From assembly GCA_964016885.1 (NCBI GenBank), contig OZ024744.1:1488001-1552000 (forward strand): a stretch of DNA of 64,000 bases. Direction: 5' to 3'. The notes beneath the pieces are model-generated. The model ran no database searches and was not told the DNA's origin. It saw only the letters and a program-made list of their open reading frames with translations. The DNA comes from Eledone cirrhosa (Eukaryota). The translations under genes were made by a program, and so were the position numbers. This document shows positions 13,321-28,300 of the stretch, piece by piece. Every line of letters begins with the position of its first letter. Within the stretch, counting starts at the first letter, position 1.

Positions 13321-16300
13321 CAAGCTATCTTTCTCTACATTGTATTCCCCAAACTTCGTTCTTCACCAAGCTATCTTTCTCTACCTTGTCTTCCCTCAAA
13401 ACGTCGTTCTTCACCAAGCTATCTTTCTCTACCTTGTCTTCCCCCAAAACTTCGTTCTTCACCAAGCTATCTTTATCTACATTGTCTTCCCCCAAAACTT
13501 CGTTCTTCACCAAGTCATCTTTCTCTACCTTGTCATCCCACAAAACGTCGTTCTTCACCAAGCTATCTTTCTCTATTTTGTCGTCCCTCAAAACGTCGTT
13601 CTTCACCAAGCTATCTTTCTCTACCTTGTCTTCCCTCAAAATTTCGTTCTTCACCAAGTTATCTTTCTCGACCTTGTCTTCTCCCACAACTTCGTTATTC
13701 ACCAAGCGATCTTTCTCTACCTTGTCTTCCCCCAAAACTTCGTTATTCACCAAGCTATCTTTCTCTACCTTGTCTTCCCTCAAAACTTCGTTCTTCACCA
13801 AGCTATCTTTCTCTACCTTGTCTTCCCCCAAAACTTCGTTCTTCACCAAGCTATCTTTCTCTACCTTGTCTTCTCCCAAAACTTCGTTATTCACCAAGCT
13901 ATCTTTCTCTACCTTGTCTTCCCTCAAAACTTCGTTCTTCACCAAGCTATCTTTCTCTAGCTTGTCTTCACACAAAACTTCGTTCTTCACCAAGCTATCT
14001 TTCTCTACCTTGTCTTCCCACAAAACGTCATTCTTCACCAAGCTATCTTTCTCTATCTTGTCTTCCGTCAAAACTTCGTTCTTCACCAATATATCTTTCT
14101 CTACCTTGTCTCCTCCCAAAACTTCGTTCTTCACCAAGCTATCTTTCTCTACCTTGTCTTCCCTCAGAACTTCGTTCTTCACCAAGCTATCTTTCTCTAC
14201 CTTGTCTTCCCCCAAAACTTCGTTCTTCACCAAGCTATCTTTCTCTACCTTGTCTTCCCCCAAAACTTTGTTCTTCACCAAGCTATCTTTCTCTACCTTG
14301 TCTTCCCCGAAAACTTCGTTCTTCACCAAGCTATCTTTCTCTACCTTGTCTTCCCCTAAAACTTCGTTCTTCACCAAGCTATCTTTCTCTAGCTTGTCTT
14401 CACACAAAACTTCGTTCTTCACCAAGCTATCTTTCTCTACCTTGTCTTCCCACAAAACGTCATTCTTCACCAAGCTATCTTTCTCTACCTTGTCTTCCGT
14501 CAAAACTTCGTTCTTCACCAAGCTATCTTTCTCTACCTTGTCTTCTCCCAAAACTTCGTTATTCACCAAGCTATCTTTCTCTACCTTGTCTTCCCCCAAA
14601 ACTTCGTTATTCACCAAGCTATCTTTCTCTACCTTGTCTTCCCTCACAACTTCGTTCTTCACCAAGCTATCTTTCTCTACCTTGTCTTCCCCCAAAACTT
14701 CGTTCTTCACCAAGCTATCTTTCTCTACCTTGTCTTCTCCCAAAACTTCGTTATTCACCAAGCTATATTTCTCTACCTTGTCTTCCCTCAAAACTTCGTT
14801 CTTCACCAAGCTATCTTTCTCTAGCTTGTCTTCACACAAAACTTCGTTCTTCACCAAGCTATCTTTCTCTACCTTGTCTTCCCACAAAACGTCATTCTTC
14901 ACCAAGCTATCTTTCTCTACCTTGTCTTCCCTCAGAACTTCGTTCTTCACCAAGATATCTTTCTCTACCTTGTCTTCTCCCAAAACTTCGTTCTTCACCA
15001 AGCTATCTTTCTCTACCTTGCCTTCCCTCAGAACTTCGTTCTTCAACAAGCTATCTTTCTCTACCTTGACTTCCCCCAAAACTTCGTTCTTCACCAAGCT
15101 ATCTTTCTCTACATTGTCTTCCCCAAAACTTCGTTCTTCACCAAGCTATCTTTCTCTACCTTGTCTCCCCTCAAAAAGTCGTTCTTCACCAAGCTCTCTT
15201 TCTCTACCTTGTCTTCTCCCAAAACTTCGTTATTCACCAAGCTATCTTTCTCTACCTTGTCTTCCCTCAAACCTTCGTTCTTCACCAAGCTATCTTTCTC
15301 TACCTTGTCTTCCCCCAAAACTTCGTTCTTCACCAAGCTATCTTTCTCTACATTGTCTTCCCCAAAACTTCGTTCTTCACCAAGCTATCTTTCTCTACCT
15401 TGTCTTCCCCCAAAACTTCGTTGTTCACTAAGCTATCTTTCTCTACCTCGTCTTCCCCCAAAACTTCGTTCTTCACCAAGCTATCTTTCTCTACCTTGTC
15501 TTCCCCCAAAACTTCTTTCTTCACCAAGCTATCTTTCTCTACCTTGTCTTCCCACAAAACTTCGTTCTTCACCAAGCTATCTTTCTCTACCTTGTCTTCC
15601 CACAAAACGTCGTTCTTCACCAAGCTATCTTTCTCTACTTTGTCTTCCCTCAAAACTTCGTTCTTCACCAAGCTATCTTTCTCTACCTTGTCTTCCCCCA
15701 AAACTTCGTTCTTCACCAAGCTATCTTTCTCTACCTTGTCTTCCCTCAAAACTTCGTTCTTCACCAAGCTATCTTTTTCGACCTTGTCTTCCCCCAAAAC
15801 TTCGTTCTTCACCAAGCTATCTTTCTCTACCTTGTCTTCCCTCAAAACGTCGTTCTTCACCAAGCTATCTTTCTCTACCTTGTCCTCCCACAAAACTTCG
15901 TTCTTCACCAAGCTATCTTTCTCTACCTTGTCTTCCCCCAAAATTTCGTTCTTCGCAAGCTATCTTTCTCTACCTTGTCTTCCGTCAAAACTTCGTTCTT
16001 CACCAAGATATCTTTCTCTACCTTGTCTTCCCACAAAACATCGTTCTTCACCAAGCTATCTTTCTCTACCTTGTCTTCCCTCAGAACTTCGTTCTTCACC
16101 AAGCTATCTTTCTCTACCTTGTCTTCCCCCAAAACTTCGTTCTTCACCAAGCTATCTTTCTCTACATTGTCTTCCCCAAAACTTCGTTCTTCACCAAGCT
16201 ATCTTTCTCTACCTTGTCTTCCCTCAAAACGTCGTTCTTCACCAAGCTATCTTTCTCTACCTTGTCTTCCCCCAAAACTTCGTTCTTCACCAAGCTATCT

Positions 16301-19300
16301 TTATCTACATTGTCTTCCCCCAAAACTTCGTTCTTCACCAAGTCATCTTTCTCTACCTTGTCATCCCACAAAACGTCGTTCTTCACCAATCTATCTTTCT
16401 CTATTTTGTCGTCCCTCAAAACGTCGTTCTTCACCAAGCTATCTTTCTCTACCTTGTCTTCCCTCAAAATTTCGTTCTTCACCAAGCTATCTTTCTCGAC
16501 CTTGTCTTCTCCCAAAACTTCGTTATTCACCAAGCGATCTTTCTCTACCTTGTCTTCCCCCAAAACTTCGTTATTCACCAAGCTATCTTTCTCTACCTTG
16601 TCTTCCCTCAAAACTTCGTTCTTCACCAAGCTATCTTTCTCTACCTTGTCTTCCCCCAAAACTTCGTTCTTCACCAAGCTATCTTTCTCTACCTTGTCTT
16701 CTCCCAAAACTTCGTTATTCACCAAGCTATCTTTCTCTACCTTGTCTTCCCTCAAAACTTCGTTCTTCACCAAGCTATCTTTCTCTAGCTTGTCTTCACA
16801 CAAAACTTCGTTTTTCACCAAGCTATCTTTCTCTACCTTGTCTTCCCACAAAACGTCATTCTTCACCAAGCTATCTTTCTCTATCTTGTCTTCCGTCAAA
16901 ACTTCGTTCTTCACCAAGATATCTTTCTCTACCTTGTCTCCTCCCAAAACTTCGTTCTTCACCAAGCTATCTTTCTCTACCTTGTCTTCCCTCAGAACTT
17001 CGTTCTTCACCAAGCTATCTTTCTCTACCTTGTCTTCCCCCAAAACTTCGTTCTTCACCAAGCTATCTTTCTCTACCTTGTCTTCCCACAAAACTTTGTT
17101 CTTCACCAAGCTATCTTTCTCTACCTTGTCTTCCCCGAAAACTTCGTTCTTCACCAAGCTATCTTTCTCTACCTTGTCTTCCCCTAAAACTTCGTTCTTC
17201 ACCAAGCTATCTTTCTCTAGCTTGTCTTCACACAAAACTTCGTTCTTCACCAAGCTATCTTTCTCTACCTTGTCTTCCCACAAAACGTCATTCTTCACCA
17301 AGCTATCTTTCTCTACCTTGTCTTCCGTCAAAACTTCGTTCTTCACCAAGCTATCTTTCTCGACCTTGTCTTCTCCCAAAACTTCGTTATTCACCAAGCT
17401 ATCTTTCTCTACCTTGTCTTCCCCCAAAACTTCGTTATTCACCAAGCTATCTTTCTCTACCTTGTCTTCCCTCAAAACTTCGTTCTTCACCAAGCTATCT
17501 TTCTCTACCTTGTCTTCTCCCAAAACTTCGTTATTCACCAAGCTATCTTTCTCTACCTTGTCTTCCCTCAAAACTTCGTTCTTCACCAAGCTATCTTTCT
17601 CTAGCTTGTCTTCACACAAAACTTCGTTCTTCACCAAGCTATCTTTCTCTACCTTGTCTTCCCACAAAACGTCATTCTTCACCAAGCTATATTTCTCTAT
17701 CTTGTCTTCCGTCAAAACTTCGTTCTTCACCAAGATATCTTTCTCTACCTTGTCTCCTCCCAAAACTTCGTTCTTCACCAAGCTATCTTTCTCTAGCTTG
17801 TCTTCACACAAAACTTCGTTCTTCACCAAGCTATCTTTCTCTACCTTGTCTTCCCACAAAATGTCATTCTTCACCAAGCTATCTTTCTCTATCTTGTCTT
17901 CCGTCAAAACTTCGTTCTTCACCAAGATATCTTTCTCTACCTTGTCTCCTCCCAAAACTTCGTTCTTCACCAAGCTATCTTTCTCTACCTTGTCTTCCCT
18001 CAGAACTTCGTTCTTCACCAAGCTATCTTTCTCTACCTTGTCTTCCCCCAAAACTTCGTTCTTCACCAAGCTATCTTTCTCTACCTTGTCTTCCCACAAA
18101 ACTTTGTTCTTCACCAAGCTATCTTTCTCTACCTTGTCTTCCCCGAAAACTTCGTTCTTCACCAAGCTATCTTTCTCTACCTTGTCTTCCCCTAAAACTT
18201 CGTTCTTCACCAAGCTATCTTTCTCTAGCTTGTCTTCACACAAAACTTCGTTCTTCACCAAGCTATCTTTCTCTACCTTGTCTTCCCACAAAACGTCATT
18301 CTTCACCAAGCTATCTTTCTCTACCTTGTCTTCCGTCAAAACTTCGTTCTTCACCAAGCTATCTTTCTCGACCTTGTCTTCTCCCAAAACTTCGTTATTC
18401 ACCAAGCTATCTTTCTCTACCTTGTCTTCCCCCAAAACTTCGTTATTCACCAAGCTATCTTTCTCTACCTTGTCTTCCCTCAAAACTTCGTTCTTCACGA
18501 AGCTATCTTTCTCTACCTTGTCTTCCCCCAAAACTTCGTTCTTCACCAAGCTATCTTTCTCTACCTTGTCTTCTCCCAAAACTTCGTTATTCACCAAGCT
18601 ATCTTTCTCTACCTTGTCTTCCCTCAAAACTTCGTTCTTCACCAAGCTATCTTTCTCTACCTTGTCTTCCCACAAAACGTCATTCTTCACCAAGCTATAT
18701 TTCTCTATCTTGTCTTCCGTCAAAACTTCGTTCTTCACCAAGATATCTTTCTCTACCTTGTCTCCTCCCAAAACTTCGTTCTTCACCAAGCTATCTTTCT
18801 GTACCTTGTCTTCCCTCAGAACTTCGTTCTTCACCAAGCTATCTTTCTCTACCTTGTCTTCCCCCAAAACTTTGTTCTTCACCAAGCTATCTTTCTCTAC
18901 CTTGTCTTCCCCCAAAACTTTGTTCTTCACCAAGCTATCTTTCTCTACCTTGTCTTCCCCGAAAACTTCGTTCTTCACCAAGCTATCTTTCTCTACCTTG
19001 TCTTCCCCCAAAACTTTGTTCTTCACCAAGCTATCTTTCTCTACCTTGTCTTCCCCCAAAACTTCGTTCTTCACCAAGATATCTTTCTCTACCTTGTCTT
19101 CTCCCAAAACTTCGTTCTTCACCAAGCTATCTTTCTCTACCTTGCCTTCCCTCAGAACTTCGTTCTTCAACAAGCTATCTTTCTCTACCTTGACTTCCCC
19201 CAAAACTTCGTTCTTCACCAAGCTATCTTTCTCTACATTGTCTTCCCCAAAACTTCGTTCTTCACCAAGCTATCTTTCTCTACCTTGTCTCCCCTCAAAA

Positions 19301-22300
19301 AGTCGTTCTTCACCAAGCTCTCTTTCTCTACCTTGTCTTCTCCCAAAACTTCGTTATTCACCAAGCTATCTTTCTCTACCTTGTCTTCCCTCAAACCTTC
19401 GTTCTTCACCAAGCTATCTTTCTCTACCTTGTCTTCCCCCAAAACTTCGTTCTTCACCAAGCTATCTTTCTCTACATTGTCTTCCCCAAAACTTCGTTCT
19501 TCACCAAGCTATCTTTCTCTACCTTGTCTTCCCCCAAAACTTCGTTGTTCACCAAGCTATCTTTCTCTACCTCGTCTTCCCCCAAAACTTCGTTCTTCAC
19601 CAAGCTATCTTTCTCTACCTTGTCTTCCCCCAAAACTTCTTTCTTCACCAAGCTATCTTTCTCTACCTTGTCTTCCCACAAAACTTCGTTCTTCACCAAG
19701 CTATCTTTCTCTACCTTGTCTTCCCACAAAACGTCGTTCTTCACCAAGCTATCTTTCTCTACTTTGTCTTCCCTCAAAACTTCGTTCTTCACCAAGCTAT
19801 CTTTCTCTACCTTGTCTTCCCCCAAAACTTCGTTCTTCACCAAGCTATCTTTCTCTACCTTGTCTTCCCTCAAAACTTCGTTCTTCACCAAGCTATCTTT
19901 TTCGACCTTGTCTTCCCCCAAAACTTCGTTCTTCACCAAGCTATCTTTCTCTACCTTGTCTTCCCTCAAAACGTCGTTCTTCAACAAGCTATCTTTCTCT
20001 ACCTTGTCCTCCCACAAAACTTCGTTCTTCACCAAGCTATCTTTCTCTACCTTGTCTTCCCCCAAAATTTCGTTCTTCGCAAGCTATCTTTCTCTACCTT
20101 GTCTTCCGTCAAAACTTCGTTCTTCACCAAGATATCTTTCTCTACCTTGTCTTCCCACAAAACGTCGTTCTTCACCAAGCTATCTTTCTCTACCTTGTCT
20201 TCCCTCAGAACTTCGTTCTTCACCAAGCTATCTTTCTCTACCTTGTCTTCCCCCAAAACTTCGTTCTTCACCAAGCTATCTTTCTCTACCTTGTCTTCCC
20301 TCAAAACGTCGTTCTTCACCAAGCTATCTTTCTCTACCTTGTCTTCCCCCAAAACTTCGTTCTTCACCAAGCTATCTTTATCTACATTGTCTTCCCCCAA
20401 AACTTCGTTCTTCACCAAGTCATCTTTCTCTACCTTGTCATCCCACAAAACGTCGTTCTTCACCAATCTATCTTTCTCTATTTTGTCGTCCCTCAAAACG
20501 TCGTTCTTCACCAAGCTATCTTTCTCTACCTTGTCTTCCCTCAAAATTTCGTTCTTCACCAAGCTATCTTTCTCGACCTTGTCTTCTCCCAAAACTTCGT
20601 TCTTCACCAAGCGATCTTTCTCTACCTTGTCTTCCCCCAAAACTTCGTTATTCACCAAGCTATCTTTCTCTACCTTGTCTTCCCTCAAAACTTCGTTCTT
20701 CACCAAGCTATCTTTCTCTACCTTGTCTTCCCCCAAAACTTCGTTCTTCACCAAGCTATCTTTCTCTACCTTGTCTTCTCCCAAAACTTCGTTATTCACC
20801 AAGCTATCTTTCTCTACCTTGTCTTCCCTCAAAACTTCGTTCTTCACCAAGCTATCTTTCTCTAGCTTGTCTTCACACAAAACTTCGTTCTTCACCAAGC
20901 TATCTTTCTCTACCTTGTCTTCCCACAAAACGTCATTCTTCACCAAGCTATATTTCTCTATCTTGTCTTCCGTCAAAACTTCGTTCTTCACCAAGATATC
21001 TTTCTCTACCTTGTCTCCTCCCAAAACTTCGTTCTTCACCAAGCTATCTTTCTCTAGCTTGTCTTCACACAAAACTTCGTTCTTCACCAAGCTATCTTTC
21101 TCTACCTTGTCTTCCCACAAAACGTCATTCTTCACCAAGCTATCTTTCTCTATCTTGTCTTCCGTCAAAACTTCGTTCTTCACCAAGATATCTTTCTCTA
21201 CCTTGTCTCCTCCCAAAACTTCGTTCTTCACCAAGCTATCTTTCTCTACCTTGTCTTCCCTCAGAACTTCGTTCTTCACCAAGCTATCTTTCTCTACCTT
21301 GTCTTCCCCCAAAACTTCGTTCTTCACCAAGCTATCTTTCTCTACCTTGTCTTCCCACAAAACTTTGTTCTTCACCAAGCTATCTTTCTCTACCTTGTCT
21401 TCCCCGAAAACTTCGTTCTTCACCAAGCTATCTTTCTCTACCTTGTCTTCCCCTAAAACTTCGTTCTTCACCAAGCTATCTTTCTCTAGCTTGTCTTCAC
21501 ACAAAACTTCGTTCTTCACCAAGCTATCTTTCTCTACCTTGTCTTCCCACAAAACGTCATTCTTCACCAAGCTATCTTTCTCTACCTTGTCTTCCGTCAA
21601 AACTTCGTTCTTCACCAAGCTATCTTTCTCGACCTTGTCTTCTCCCAAAACTTCGTTATTCACCAAGCTATCTTTCTCTACCTTGTCTTCCCCCAAAACT
21701 TCGTTATTCACCAAGCTATCTTTCTCTACCTTGTCTTCCCTCAAAACTTCGTTCTTCACCAAGCTATCTTTCTCTACCTTGTCTTCCCCCAAAACTTCGT
21801 TCTTCACCAAGCTATCTTTCTCTACCTTGTCTTCTCCCAAAACTTCGTTATTCACCAAGCTATCTTTCTCTACCTTGTCTTCCCCTAAAACTTCGTTCTT
21901 CACCAAGCTATCTTTCTCTAGCTTGTCTTCACACAAAACTTCGTTCTTCACCAAGCTATCTTTCTCTACCTTGTCTTCCCACAAAACGTCATTCTTCACC
22001 AAGCTATCTTTCTCTACCTTGTCTTCCGTCAAAACTTCGTTCTTCACCAAGCTATCTTTCTCGACCTTGTCTTCCCTCAAAACTTCGTTCTTCACCAAGC
22101 TATCTTTCTCTACCTTGTCTTCCCCCAAAACTTCGTTCTTCACCAAGCTATCTTTCTCTACCTTGTCTTCTCCCAAAACTTCGTTATTCACCAAGCTATC
22201 TTTCTCTACCTTGTCTTCCCTCAAAACTTCGTTCTTCACCAAGCTATCTTTCTCTAGCTTGTCTTCACACAAAACTTCGTTCTTCACCAAGCTATCTTTC

Positions 22301-25300
22301 TCTACCTTGTCTTCCCACAAAACGTCATTCTTCACCAAGCTATATTTCTCTATCTTGTCTTCCGTCAAAACTTCGTTCTTCACCAAGATATCTTTCTCTA
22401 CCTTGTCTCCTCCCAAAACTTCGTTCTTCACCAAGCTATCTTTCTGTACCTTGTCTTCCCTCAGAACTTCGTTCTTCACCAAGCTATCTTTCTCTACCTT
22501 GTCTTCCCCCAAAACTTTGTTCTTCACCAAGCTATCTTTCTCTACCTTGTCTTCCCCCAAAACTTTGTTCTTCACCAAGCTATCTTTCTCTACCTTGTCT
22601 TCCCCGAAAACTTCGTTCTTCACCAAGCTATCTTTCTCTACCTTGTCTTCCCCCAAAACTTTGTTCTTCACCAAGCTATCTTTCTCTACCTTGTCTCCTC
22701 CCAAAACTTCGTTCTTCACCAAGCTATCTTTCTCTACCTTGTCTTCCCTCAGAACTTCGTTCTTCACCAAGCTATCTTTCTCTACCTTGTCTTCCCCCAA
22801 AACTTCGTTCTTCACCAAGCTATCTTTCTCTACCTTGTCTTCCCACAAAACTTTGTTCTTCACCAAGCTATCTTTCTCTACCTTGTCTTCCCCGAAAACT
22901 TCGTTCTTCACCAAGCTATCTTTCTCTACCTTGTCTTCTCCCAAAACTTCGTTATTCACCAAGCTATCTTTCTCTACCTTGTCTTCCCTCAAAACTTCGT
23001 TCTTCACCAAGCTATCTTTCTCTAGCTTGTCTTCACACAAAACTTCGTTCTTCACCAAGCTATCTTTCTCTACCTTGTCTTCCCACAAAACGTCATTCTT
23101 CACCAAGCTATATTTCTCTATCTTGTCTTCCGTCAAAACTTCGTTCTTCACCAAGATATCTTTCTCTACCTTGTCTCCTCCCAAAACTTCGTTCTTCACC
23201 AAGCTATCTTTCTGTACCTTGTCTTCCCTCAGAACTTCGTTCTTCACCAAGCTATCTTTCTCTACCTTGTCTTCCCCCAAAACTTTGTTCTTCACCAAGC
23301 TATCTTTCTCTACCTTGTCTTCCCCCAAAACTTTGTTCTTCACCAAGCTATCTTTCTCTACCTTGTCTTCCCCGAAAACTTCGTTCTTCACCAAGCTATC
23401 TTTCTCTACCTTGTCTTCCCCCAAAACTTTGTTCTTCACCAAGCTATCTTTCTCTACCTTGTCTCCTCCCAAAACTTCGTTCTTCACCAAGCTATCTTTC
23501 TCTACCTTGTCTTCCCTCAGAACTTCGTTCTTCACCAAGCTATCTTTCTCTACCTTGTCTTCCCCCAAAACTTCGTTCTTCACCAAGCTATCTTTCTCTA
23601 CCTTGTCTTCCCACAAAACTTTGTTCTTCACCAAGCTATCTTTCTCTACCTTGTCTTCCCCGAAAACTTCGTTCTTCACCAAGCTATCTTTCTCTACCTT
23701 GTCTTCCCCTAAAACTTCGTTCTTCACCAAGCTATCTTTCTCTAGCTTGTCTTCACACAAAACTTCGTTCTTCACCAAGCTATCTTTCTCTACCTTGTCT
23801 TCCCACAAAACGTCATTCTTCACCAAGCTATCTTTCTCTACCTTGTCTTCCGTCAAAACTTCGTTCTTCACCAAGCTATCTTTCTCGACCTTGTCTTCTC
23901 CCAAAACTTCGTTATTCACCAAGCTATCTTTCTCTACCTTGTCTTCCCCCAAAACTTCGTTATTCACCAAGCTATCTTTCTCTACCTTGTCTTCCCTCAA
24001 AACTTCGTTCTTCACCAAGCTATCTTTCTCTACCTTGTCTTCCCCCAAAACTTCGTTCTTCACCAAGCTATCTTTCTCTACCTTGTCTTCTCCCAAAACT
24101 TCGTTATTCACCAAGCTATCTTTCTCTACCTTGTCTTCCCCTAAAACTTCGTTCTTCACCAAGCTATCTTTCTCTAGCTTGTCTTCACACAAAACTTCGT
24201 TCTTCACCAAGCTATCTTTCTCTACCTTGTCTTCCCACAAAACGTCATTCTTCACCAAGCTATCTTTCTCTACCTTGTCTTCCGTCAAAACTTCGTTCTT
24301 CACCAAGCTATCTTTCTCGACCTTGTCTTCCCTCAAAACTTCGTTCTTCACCAAGCTATCTTTCTCTACCTTGTCTTCCCCCAAAACTTCGTTCTTCACC
24401 AAGCTATCTTTCTCTACCTTGTCTTCTCCCAAAACTTCGTTATTCACCAAGCTATCTTTCTCTACCTTGTCTTCCCTCAAAACTTCGTTCTTCACCAAGC
24501 TATCTTTCTCTAGCTTGTCTTCACACAAAACTTCGTTCTTCACCAAGCTATCTTTCTCTACCTTGTCTTCCCACAAAACGTCATTCTTCACCAAGCTATA
24601 TTTCTCTATCTTGTCTTCCGTCAAAACTTCGTTCTTCACCAAGATATCTTTCTCTACCTTGTCTCCTCCCAAAACTTCGTTCTTCACCAAGCTATCTTTC
24701 TGTACCTTGTCTTCCCTCAGAACTTCGTTCTTCACCAAGCTATCTTTCTCTACCTTGTCTTCCCCCAAAACTTTGTTCTTCACCAAGCTATCTTTCTCTA
24801 CCTTGTCTTCCCCCAAAACTTTGTTCTTCACCAAGCTATCTTTCTCTACCTTGTCTTCCCCGAAAACTTCGTTCTTCACCAAGCTATCTTTCTCTACCTT
24901 GTCTTCCCCCAAAACTTTGTTCTTCACCAAGCTATCTTTCTCTACCTTGTCTTCCCCCAAAACTTCGTTCTTCACCAAGATATCTTTCTCTACCTTGTCT
25001 TCTCCCAAAACTTCGTTCTTCACCAAGCTATCTTTCTCTACCTTGCCTTCCCTCAGAACTTCGTTCTTCAACAAGCTATCTTTCTCTACCTTGACTTCCC
25101 CCAAAACTTCGTTCTTCACCAAGCTATCTTTCTCTACATTGTCTTCCCCAAAACTTCGTTCTTCACCAAGCTATCTTTCTCTACCTTGTCTCCCCTCAAA
25201 AAGTCGTTCTTCACCAAGCTCTCTTTCTCTACCTTGTCTTCTCCCAAAACTTCGTTATTCACCAAGCTATCTTTCTCTACCTTGTCTTCCCTCAAACCTT

Positions 25301-28300
25301 CGTTCTTCACCAAGCTATCTTTCTCTACCTTGTCTTCCCCAAAAACTTCGTTCTTCACCAAGCTATCTTTCTCTACATTGTCTTCCCCAAAACTTCGTTC
25401 TTCACCAAGCTATCTTTCTCTACCTTGTCTTCCCCAAAAACTTCGTTGTTCACCAAGCTATCTTTATCTACCTCGTCTTCCCCCAAAACTTCGTTCTTCA
25501 CCAAGCTATCTTTCTCTACCTTGTCTTCCCCCAAAACTTCTTTCTTCACCAAGCTATCTTTCTCTACCTTGTCTTCCCACAAAACTTCGTTCTTCACCAA
25601 GCTATCTTTCTCTACCTTGTCTTCCCACAAAACGTCGTTCTTCACCAAGCTATCTTTCTCTACTTTGTCTTCCCTCAAAACTTCGTTCTTCACCAAGCTA
25701 TCTTTCTCTACCTTGTCTTCCCCCAAAACTTCGTTCTTCACCAAGCTATCTTTCTCTACCTTGTCTTCCCTCAAAACTTCGTTCTTCACCAAGCTATCTT
25801 TTTCGACCTTGTCTTCCCCCAAAACTTCGTTCTTCACCAAGCTATCTTTCTCTACCTTGTCTTCCCTCAAAACGTCGTTCTTCACCAAGCTATCTTTCTC
25901 TACCTTGTCCTCCCACAAAACTTCGTTCTTCACCAAGCTATCTTTCTCTACCTTGTCTTCCCCCAAAATTTCGTTCTTCGCAAGCTATCTTTCTCTACCT
26001 TGTCTTCCGTCAAAACTTCGTTCTTCACCAAGATATCTTTCTCTACCTTGTCTTCCCACAAAACGTCGTTCTTCACCAAGCTATCTTTCTCTACCTTGTC
26101 TTCCCTCAGAACTTCGTTCTTCACCAAGCTATCTTTCTCTACCTTGTCTTCCCCCAAAACTTCGTTCTTCACCAAGCTATCTTTCTCTACATTGTCTTCC
26201 CCAAAACTTCGTTCTTCACCAAGCTATCTTTCTCTACCTTGTCTTCCCTCAAAACGTCGTTCTTCACCAAGCTATCTTTCTCTACCTTGTCTTCCCCCAA
26301 AACTTCGTTCTTCACCAAGCTATCTTTATCTACATTGTCTTCCCCCAAAACGTCGTTCTTCACCAAGTCATCTTTCTCTACCTTGTCATCCCACAAAACG
26401 TCGTTCTTCACCAATCTATCTTTCTCTATTTTGTCGTCCCTCAAAACGTCGTTCTTCACCAAGCTATCTTTCTCTACCTTGTCTTCCCTCAAAATTTCGT
26501 TCTTCACCAAGCTATCTTTCTCGACCTTGTCTTCTCCCAAAACTTCGTTATTCACCAAGCGATCTTTCTCTACCTTGTCTTCCCCCAAAACTTCGTTATT
26601 CACCAAGCTATCTTTCTCTACCTTGTCTTCCCTCAAAACTTCGTTCTTCACCAAGCTATCTTTCTCTACCTTGTCTTCCCCCAAAACTTCGTTCTTCACC
26701 AAGCTATCTTTCTCTACCTTGTCTTCTCCCAAAACTTCGTTATTCACCAAGCTATCTTTCTCTACCTTGTCTTCCCTCAAAACTTCGTTCTTCACCAAGC
26801 TATCTTTCTCTAGCTTGTCTTCACACAAAACTTCGTTCTTCACCAAGCTATCTTTCTCTACCTTGTCTTCCCACAAAACGTCATTCTTCACCAAGCTATA
26901 TTTATCTATCTTGTCTTCCGTCAAAACTTCGTTCTTCACCAAGATATCTTTCTCTACCTTGTCTCCTCCCAAAACTTCGTTCTTCACCAAGCTATCTTTC
27001 TCTAGCTTGTCTTCACACAAAACTTCGTTCTTCACCAAGCTATCTTTCTCTACCTTGTCTTCCCACAAAACGTCATTCTTCACCAAGCTATCTTTCTCTA
27101 TCTTGTCTTCCGTCAAAACTTCGTTCTTCACCAAGATATCTTTCTCTACCTTGTCTCCTCCCAAAACTTCGTTCTTCACCAAGCTATCTTTCTCTACCTT
27201 GTCTTCCCTCAGAACTTCGTTCTTCACCAAGCTATCTTTCTCTACCTTGTCTTCCCCCAAAACTTCGTTCTTCACCAAGCTATCTTTCTCTACCTTGTCT
27301 TCCCACAAAACTTTGTTCTTCACCAAGCTATCTTTCTCTACCTTGTCTTCCCCGAAAACTTCGTTCTTCACCAAGCTATCTTTCTCTACCTTGTCTTCCC
27401 CTAAAACTTCGTTCTTCACCAAGCTATCTTTCTCTAGCTTGTCTTCACACAAAACTTCGTTCTTCACCAAGCTATCTTTCTCTACCTTGTCTTCCCACAA
27501 AACGTCATTCTTCACCAAGCTATCTTTCTCTACCTTGTCTTCCGTCAAAACTTCGTTCTTCACCAAGCTATCTTTCTCGACCTTGTCTTCTCCCAAAACT
27601 TCGTTATTCACCAAGCTATCTTTCTCTACCCTGTCTTCCCCCAAAACTTCGTTATTCACCAAGCTATCTTTCTCTACCTTGTCTTCCCTCAAAACTTCGT
27701 TCTTCACCAAGCTATCTTTCTCTACCTTGTCTTCCCCCAAAACTTCGTTCTTCACCAAGCTATCTTTCTCTACCTTGTCTTCTCCCAAAACTTCGTTATT
27801 CACCAAGCTATCTTTCTCTACCTTGTCTTCCCTCAAAACTTCGTTCTTCACCAAGCTATCTTTCTCTAGCTTGTCTTCACACAAAACTTCGTTCTTCACC
27901 AAGCTATCTTTCTCTACCTTGTCTTCCCACAAAACGTCATTCTTCACCAAGCTATATTTCTCTATCTTGTCTTCCGTCAAAACTTCGTTCTTCACCAAGA
28001 TATCTTTCTCTACCTTGTCTCCTCCCAAAACTTCGTTCTTCACCAAGCTATCTTTCTGTACCTTGTCTTCCCTCAGAACTTCGTTCTTCACCAAGCTATC
28101 TTTCTCTACCTTGTCTTCCCCAAAAACTTTGTTCTTCACCAAGCTATCTTTCTCTACCTTGTCTTCCCCCAAAACTTTGTTCTTCACCAAGCTATCTTTC
28201 TCTACCTTGTCTTCCCCGAAAACTTCGTTCTTCACCAAGCTATCTTTCTCTACCTTGTCTTCCCCTAAAACTTCGTTCTTCACCAAGCTATCTTTCTCTA

